A stretch of DNA of 64,000 bases from Planctomycetota bacterium. GTDB taxonomy: Bacteria > Planctomycetota > SZUA-567 > H5-PLA8. A model generated the notes under the pieces. That model worked only from the letters and a program-made list of their open reading frames with translations, was not told where the DNA came from and ran no database searches. A program made the translations under genes and the position numbers. The DNA is taken from contig JBBRPR010000044.1 of assembly GCA_038227875.1 (NCBI GenBank), forward strand, positions 9,569-73,568, given 5' to 3'. How positions within the stretch are numbered: position 1 is the first letter of the stretch; the number at the start of each line of letters is the position of its first letter. This document shows positions 57,743-64,000 of this stretch, piece by piece.

Positions 57743-60700
57743 TTACTGTCGATCCAGCACCTCTCGTACTTTTGCTGCTACCGAGGTCGGCGAGAGTGGC
57801 TTTTCAAGAAACTCGATTCCCGCGTCAAGGACGCCCCGACTGACGATGGAGTGATTGGTATAGCCGGACATATAGAGCACTTTCATCTCAGGCCTGACGG
57901 GGTGAAGTCTGAGGGCGACTTCTTTTCCATTCAATTTTGGCATCACCACATCGGTCAGCAGCAGTTGGATTTTTCCTTTATGATCTTCGCTGCAACGGAT
58001 GGCCTGCTCGCCATCCATCGCCATCAGGACTGTGTACCCCAGTGACGTCAGAATCTCGCTGAGCAACTCGCGAATTCCCTCCTCGTCTTCCACCAGGAGA
58101 ATGGTTTCTCCACCACCGACAATGGAACTGTGCACGGCGCTGGATCCGCCCGAATGAACCTTTCCCGCCACTTCAGGAAAGTAGACTTTGAAGACCGTGC
58201 CGTGGCTGACCTCGCTGTAGACGTAGATGGACCCGCCTGCCTGTTTCACAATCCCATATACCGTGGACAATCCCAATCCTGTGCCTTTGCCTTGTTCCTT
58301 GGTGGTAAAAAAGGGATCGAAAATCCGGGCGCGGATTTTTTCGTCCATTCCGCATCCGGTGTCGGCGACAGCCAGCATGACGTAAGGCCCCACAGTGGAG
58401 TCGCCATTGTTGGCGCAGTACTCCTCGTCCAAGTGGATATTGGACGTTTCAATCGTGATCTTTCCGCCTTTGGGCATGGCATCCCGCGCGTTGACCACCA
58501 AATTCATGACAACCTGTTGCACCTGTCCCGGATCAGCATTGATTTTGCCGATTTTTGACAGCTTGATGACAAGGTCGATATCCTCGCTGATCAAACTGCG
58601 GAGCATCTCCTGCATTTCAGGAACGAGAATATTCAAATCGATGATCTGCGGCTGCAGCACCTGCTGTCGGCTGAATTGAAGCAATTGCCGCGTCAATACG
58701 GCCGCACGCAATCCCGTTTTATGAATGAGATTGACACTGCGGAGGATTGGCGCAGTCATGTCTTTGCGGCTCTCCAGTAATTGAGCGCGTCCAATAATGA
58801 CCGTCAGTAAATTGTTGAAGTCGTGAGCGATGCCGCCCGCGAGTTGGCCAATCGCTTCCATTTTTGCACTCTGGCGCAGTTGAATTTCACTCGAATGCAG
58901 CGCGGCTTCGGTTCTCTTGCGCTCGGTGATGTCCTGAGCCATGACGACGATGCCCACCACCTTGCCCTCGGCATCGCGAACGGGGACCTTGTCGGTCTGA
59001 ACCCAATGCTCGTCACCGGTATTGTTTCGGAGCGTTTCGACATACTCCAGTTTCGGCACTCCCGATTGCATGACTTCCAGGTCGTCGGCATAGAACCGGG
59101 CTGCGTCATTAGGGTAGATTTCAACGGAGGGCTTGCCTTCAATTTCCTCGACACTTTTGCCCGCGCTCTCGGCGACCCGCTTGTTGACACGGAGGATTCT
59201 GTTTTCCGTATCCTTGAACCAGATCATGGCCGGGATCATGTCGAAGAGCACCCGCAGTTCGTCCTGCTGCCGCTGCAGTGCGGTCTCAGCGCGTTTGCGT
59301 TCTGCGTTTTCTTCCCGCAGCGCCGCATTCGATTTTGAAAGTTCTGTGGTGCGGTCGGCGACTTTGCTTTCCAGCCCGGTTTGGGTGCGGCGCAATGCTG
59401 CTTCCGCGCGCTTATGCCCGTCAATGTCCGTTCCCGTTCCAACCCACTGCACGATTTCCCCATTGTCACCTCGACGCGCGGTGGCCCGGCCGAGAAACCA
59501 ACGGTAGTCGCCGTTCACGCGCTTGAAGCGGTATTCGATTTCGTATGGTTTTCCGGTCGTGAACGAGCGCGTCCATCGTTCCACGCACAGTTTCAAATCG
59601 TCCGGATGAACGACCGCGCCCCATCCCCAATCCTTCGTCTGCTCCAGTGTAAGCCCGGTGTATTCGAACCAAGCCTTGTTGTAGTAATCCAGATTGCCAT
59701 CCGGCCGCGCGGTCCAGATGATCAGCGGCACGGAATCCGCCAGAAAATTGTAGCGCTGCGTGTTTTCGCGCACCACCGCAGCGACTTTCGCCTCCTTCAA
59801 TTCCTGCTCGATCCGGCGCTGTTCCGTAATATCCGTGTGAATGCCGATCCACTGCCGGATGGAACCATCGTCCGCGAGAATGGGCACCGCTCGAACCATC
59901 ATGTTGCGATACGTGCCGTCCCTGGCCCGCACGCGGTGTTCGACTTCGTACGTGGAGCGGCTTTCGATGGCGGCACTCCAGACCTTCGCGGTCTCGCGCT
60001 GATCGTCGGGATGGATGGCCTTTAGCCAGCCCCAACCGCGGTATTCCTTGAAATTCTGTCCGGTGAACGCGCTCCAGCCTGGCTGTTCAACTTCGAATTC
60101 TCCCGAAGCTGGCGTGTCCCAGACGATCGCGGTGGTGGCTTCCACCAGCAAGCGGTACCGTTGCGCATTGAAGCGGACTTCCGCCTCCCGCTGCTTGCGC
60201 TCGGTGATGTCGCGGATGATCTTGGACACCCCGACGACGTCTCCCTCGGGATTCTTAATGGGAGAAATCGTGATCGATACGTCGACACGATCGCCATTCT
60301 TGCGCACACGGATGGATTCCAGGTTCCGGACCAATTCTCCCGGCGCAAAGCCCGCCAAAACATTCACTTCTTCGAAAGAAAGTTCCGGTGGGATGAGCAC
60401 CTTCATCGGCCGCCCAACGATCTCCGCGGCGGAATAACCGAACAAGGTCTCCGCCGCCGGATTCCAACTGGAGATTAGTCCGTCCGTCGATTTACTGATG
60501 ATGGCATCCGCCGACGAGTCCACAATCGCCGCCAGGCGTTTGATTTTGTCATCCGCACATCTTCGTTCCGTGATGTTCAGATGCATGACGACGGCCCCGC
60601 TGGGCCGGTCTTCGGCCAGCGGCGTCACCGTCAAGAGAAACCAGCGCTGCTCCGTTGGCGAGTGGCACGGATATTCGATCGTGTAACTCTTCCTCGTACC

Positions 60701-61120
60701 ATCTAGTACCGCGCGAATGCCAACCCCGACTTCGCGCGCTTCCGCGGAAAAGGCTCCGCGCGCGCGATCGCACACCTCCAGATAGTTGACCCCCAGACCA
60801 TAGTCCGGCCCTTGCAGCCTATTGGCCGTGGCAAACTGCCGCCAGGCCTCGTTCACCGAAACGATGACGCCCTCTTGATTGAGCAGCGCAATGTGAGCCG
60901 GCAGCGCATTGAGGATCGCAGCCTGCTTCTTCGCCTCGGCATGACGGCTCTGTTCCTGCGCGCGGCGCAACAGAAAGGTGTGGCCCTGGCTGTCGGAGAC
61001 CGCGTCCACTTCGCCTCCCGTCAGTTCCTCCAGGCGTTGTTCAGTGGTGTTCAGCGTCTCGATGAGTTCCGAAATCTCATCGCGTGCACCGTTGCTCGCG
61101 GGGGAGTAGTTGGGAGTCAT
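57743..61120 (-). CDS. Cytoplasmic multi-PAS hybrid histidine kinase with a C-terminal receiver
   Basis: About five PAS/PAC units each ending in D/NIT.R-type motifs; H-box AHDFNNLL; NARDAM; DTGCGM; FFTTK..GKGTGLGL; receiver ILLVED...TDVVMP...KP. Confidence 0.96.
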   Translation of the reverse strand: MTPNYSPASNGARDEISELIETLNTTEQRLEELTGGEVDAVSDSQGHTFLLRRAQEQSRHAEAKKQAAILNALPAHIALLNQEGVIVSVNEAWRQFATANRLQGPDYGLGVNYLEVCDRARGAFSAEAREVGVGIRAVLDGTRKSYTIEYPCHSPTEQRWFLLTVTPLAEDRPSGAVVMHLNITERRCADDKIKRLAAIVDSSADAIISKSTDGLISSWNPAAETLFGYSAAEIVGRPMKVLIPPELSFEEVNVLAGFAPGELVRNLESIRVRKNGDRVDVSITISPIKNPEGDVVGVSKIIRDITERKQREAEVRFNAQRYRLLVEATTAIVWDTPASGEFEVEQPGWSAFTGQNFKEYRGWGWLKAIHPDDQRETAKVWSAAIESRSTYEVEHRVRARDGTYRNMMVRAVPILADDGSIRQWIGIHTDITEQRRIEQELKEAKVAAVVRENTQRYNFLADSVPLIIWTARPDGNLDYYNKAWFEYTGLTLEQTKDWGWGAVVHPDDLKLCVERWTRSFTTGKPYEIEYRFKRVNGDYRWFLGRATARRGDNGEIVQWVGTGTDIDGHKRAEAALRRTQTGLESKVADRTTELSKSNAALREENAERKRAETALQRQQDELRVLFDMIPAMIWFKDTENRILRVNKRVAESAGKSVEEIEGKPSVEIYPNDAARFYADDLEVMQSGVPKLEYVETLRNNTGDEHWVQTDKVPVRDAEGKVVGIVVMAQDITERKRTEAALHSSEIQLRQSAKMEAIGQLAGGIAHDFNNLLTVIIGRAQLLESRKDMTAPILRSVNLIHKTGLRAAVLTRQLLQFSRQQVLQPQIIDLNILVPEMQEMLRSLISEDIDLVIKLSKIGKINADPGQVQQVVMNLVVNARDAMPKGGKITIETSNIHLDEEYCANNGDSTVGPYVMLAVADTGCGMDEKIRARIFDPFFTTKEQGKGTGLGLSTVYGIVKQAGGSIYVYSEVSHGTVFKVYFPEVAGKVHSGGSSAVHSSIVGGGETILLVEDEEGIRELLSEILTSLGYTVLMAMDGEQAIRCSEDHKGKIQLLLTDVVMPKLNGKEVALRLHPVRPEMKVLYMSGYTNHSIVSRGVLDAGIEFLEKPLSPTSVAAKVREVLDRQ

Positions 61121-61407
61121 TGCTCGGCGATTTCCAGACCCAACGCCCGCAGCACCGTCTCGATCTGGCTGAGCGTCCCGACAATTCTGCGCGTCGGAAG
61201 CGGTGAGAGCTTAATCAGGGTTGGCGTCATGAAAATGTCGTCCGCCAGCGCGCGCTTGGGTTCCAGCAGCACGTCGACGAATTCGATTTCATGCCGGTCG
61301 GGAAGATACGTGCGGCACAGCGCGATCAGATTGGACTTCGCTTGCGCGCCATTTTGCGCATCGTCCGCGACATACAGCCGGAATTTAAACTGGGCTGGCT
61401 GGCTCAT
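61117..61407 (-). CDS. kaiB: KaiB-family protein
   Basis: FRLYVA...NL..LC...EIEFVDV...P..A..D.I..TPTLIK..P.P.RRIVG.LS. Confidence 0.92.
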   Translation of the reverse strand: MSQPAQFKFRLYVADDAQNGAQAKSNLIALCRTYLPDRHEIEFVDVLLEPKRALADDIFMTPTLIKLSPLPTRRIVGTLSQIETVLRALGLEIAEQ

Positions 61408-63227
61408 CGGCGTATTCCTTTCCGCCCATCTGACACAGCATCCGCCCCACGCAGTTCGCGTATGCGCGTGCGGCCGCGTGAAACTTCGCCCTTGCGGCTC
61501 TGAGTCGTGCGGACCAACAATGACTTTTCGACCTGTTTTGCGAGCAGCTCCGTTTGCAGCGACTTTGAGCGCACTTCCAGCACGGCCTCTTCGGCATCCA
61601 GACTCACCCGCTTGAGTTTTCGGGCGACTTCGGCGCTTTCCTTCGCGACCCGTTCGGCACTTTCCTTTTCCCAGCGCAGGGTGCCCATCAGCACCTCGCC
61701 GCCGGCCGTATAGATGTCGGCCAGGGTTACGCCCTTATCGCTGAGGATCAGTTCACGCACCTGATTGGAATGCGACGTCCCGCGGGACTTGATGATCGAC
61801 AACCCGCGGTTGCGTTCCCCGGCCTGGACCAGGTAGTTGAGGTGAATCCACGTATCCGAAAGCGTGGAAATCTGCAGCGGAGTGCCGCCGTAGATCGAGC
61901 CGGACATCTCGTCCAGCAGACTCGTACAGACCAGGGTGATGCCCGCCGCCTTCGACCAGTCGATCAAGCGCTCGCCCACGCCATGCGCCGTGAGCTCGTT
62001 GCCCGCGCGGGACAACGTCGAGACGGGATCGATCACCAGGCAACGCGCGCGATGTTCTTTCACCAGCGCTTTGATGCGGACCAGCAACGTCTCCGCGCTG
62101 CCAGTTATGGTGCGCGCGGAGACAATGCGCAGCAGCCCGCTCATCACGTAGCGCCCCAGTTGAATGCCGACCGACGTCAGGTTGCGTACCACTTCAGTGC
62201 CATCTGAATCGAATCCGACAAACATCGTCCGCTCGCCGCGGCGGCAGGCGGCCTCCGCGAAAGCACCGCTCAAGGTCGTCTTCGCCGTGCCGGGAAACCC
62301 GGTGATCAGCACGCTGGCGCCGCGGTAGTAGCCGCCACCCAGCATCGTATCCAGACGTTTCACGCCACTGGACACGCGCTCATTAGTGACCAGCGAGTCC
62401 TCGCGTCCAAGCATGCGCGCGACGGCGACGTCGAATCCATCTTTACCGATCACAAACGGCGATTCGTTCTCGTCGAAGGTTGAGCCGCGGTACTTCTGCA
62501 CGCGCAGATTGCGTTGCGAGACGCCCAGTTCCACGCGGTGATTCAAAACCACCGCGCAATCCACCATGAATTGCATGAACCCCAGCGGTTGAGGACTGAA
62601 AGCGCTCGTGTCGTCGCCGCCCGCCTTGACGGTAATAAGGCCGGTCAATTCACGATCCAGCAGCCACTCGTGGAGCCGGTAAATCTCACGCCGTTTTGCC
62701 GCCTCGTCAGGGAGCAGCGCCAGCACGATATCCACCGCGTCGAAGACGATGCGCTGAGCGCCCATTTCATCGATCTTGACACCGAGCGCCGCCAGCATTC
62801 CACCCAGTTCAAACGTCCCCGATTGAATCAAATCGGTGCTCGGCTGAGCGTCGAGGAAGAACAATTTTCCACGCCGTTGCAATTCCGGCAGATTCCAGCC
62901 GAAATCATTGGCGTTGGCGATGATGCGTCTGGCCCGTTCCTCAAAGGCAACGAAAATTCCTGGCTCCTTGCATGTACGCGCGCCGTATTCGAGAAAGCGC
63001 AGTGAAAACAACGTTTTTCCGGAGCCGGGTCCGCCGGCCAACAAGGTCGTGCGGCCGCGCGGCAGGCCGCCATGAGTTAACTCATCAAAGCCTTCAATAC
63101 CTGTGGGCGCTTTAGGCGGAAGTGCGGAAATACTGCCCGTCGGCTTATCTGCACCACGATTGAGTCGTTTTCTTGAAGCGGTTCGACTTTTCCTTGCCGA
63201 CGGAGTGTCCGGGCGTGGTGTTGTCAT
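61404..63227 (-). CDS. kaiC: KaiC-family double-domain ATPase
   Basis: TGIEGFDELTHGGLP, GGPGSGKT, FEE, KYRG; then RVSSGV..LD.MLGGG, GFPGTAKT, ISTLSDTWI, KSRG..HSNQVRE. Start is uncertain (63227 or 63284). Confidence 0.95.
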   Translation of the reverse strand: MTTPRPDTPSARKSRTASRKRLNRGADKPTGSISALPPKAPTGIEGFDELTHGGLPRGRTTLLAGGPGSGKTLFSLRFLEYGARTCKEPGIFVAFEERARRIIANANDFGWNLPELQRRGKLFFLDAQPSTDLIQSGTFELGGMLAALGVKIDEMGAQRIVFDAVDIVLALLPDEAAKRREIYRLHEWLLDRELTGLITVKAGGDDTSAFSPQPLGFMQFMVDCAVVLNHRVELGVSQRNLRVQKYRGSTFDENESPFVIGKDGFDVAVARMLGREDSLVTNERVSSGVKRLDTMLGGGYYRGASVLITGFPGTAKTTLSGAFAEAACRRGERTMFVGFDSDGTEVVRNLTSVGIQLGRYVMSGLLRIVSARTITGSAETLLVRIKALVKEHRARCLVIDPVSTLSRAGNELTAHGVGERLIDWSKAAGITLVCTSLLDEMSGSIYGGTPLQISTLSDTWIHLNYLVQAGERNRGLSIIKSRGTSHSNQVRELILSDKGVTLADIYTAGGEVLMGTLRWEKESAERVAKESAEVARKLKRVSLDAEEAVLEVRSKSLQTELLAKQVEKSLLVRTTQSRKGEVSRGRTRIRELRGADAVSDGRKGIRR

Positions 63228-64000
63228 AAGCGGCACTCTTCTTTCCAATACGTTTGATATTTTCGATTCAGAACTAACGTGCAAGACCCAAACGAAGACG
63301 GCGCGCAGCTCGGTGGAGCCTTATTTCAGCTATGAACGCACATCTCACACCGGTTCAATAGCCGCGCTATAAATTTGCATCGATTGTAAAGAAATACGGT
63401 GTGTGAAAACATGAAAAGGTCGTGGACGTCGAAACCTCGCCGCGGCTCTTTTAGCAAGAAGTTCTGTACGAATATCAATCAGACACATCGATTTTAGCAG
63501 CAGGATGAAGATTCCATCCATGAATCGGGCAGAATGAAGCGCCTCATCGAAACCAATTTGATCATCACGGATTTAGCCACCCATGGAGCACGCCCGCCTA
63601 CAGTTAGCCGCCGAAAACATTCCATCCAAAACCGCTCCGATCCCCCCGATCGGAGACCTGCCCGAAACTCAATGATCCCTACGCTTTAATTGCGAGCTCT
63701 TCCTGAACCTGACGGCAACGAGCCTACGTTGGCGAGAGACTATATCTTTCGAAAGGCGTCACGATCGAAGGCCTGTTGCATTTGCAGGTAATGACTCCAA
63801 AGATTCTCGAGCTCCACAATATCATATTTATCCCCAAACTTCTTGCTTTGCTCGATTGGTCGAGGGAACAGCTCCTTCGAACGCGGATGTCCCATCCGTT
63901 GTTGAAATTGGTTGAACGTCCGTAGCCGAAACCGAAACGTACCTTCCTTTCACGGCCTCGTCAAGGGGCTCGCTTCGTACTGACCGCTTTGTCTACAGGA

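Noticed and set aside
63372..64000. Possible gene remnant on the minus strand (...ARSLGIKYDIVELENLWSHYLQMQQAF...)
   Set aside because: No start codon, an upstream in-frame stop and no recognisable family.

Overview
This is a GC-rich bacterial window that looks like Planctomycetota/PVC. That assignment is an inference from an ECF-sigma/WD40 fusion, many N-methylation pilins, a eukaryote-like Ser/Thr kinase and large secreted beta-helix/CAZyme-like proteins. Content from left to right: a partial PstS-like gene; two receiver-domain genes (one frameshifted); the sigma-WD40 fusion; secreted polysaccharide-active proteins with an AraC regulator; two GspF/PilC genes and two minor-pilin cassettes; DinB; an ECF sigma with an anti-sigma-like protein carrying secretin-N-like domains; oxidoreductases with a GntR-LacI regulator; a serpin; a kinase/pseudo-receiver locus; thioredoxin; an MFS transporter; an outer-membrane/FMN-binding/MacB-type ABC operon; and a kaiC-kaiB-PAS hybrid kinase operon. 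No rRNA, tRNA, CRISPR array, transposase or integrase was recognised. The most striking unexplained signal is a family of about 11 intergenic, essentially loopless palindromes of fixed size (28 bp, NACC-N10|N10'-GGTN). Their ends and length are conserved, but each core is different and still self-complementary. They occur singly or as triplets at five loci, always at or just past a stop codon. Several apparent 1-bp indels suggest assembly errors, so frameshift calls are provisional. All family assignments come from motif recognition, not database searches.
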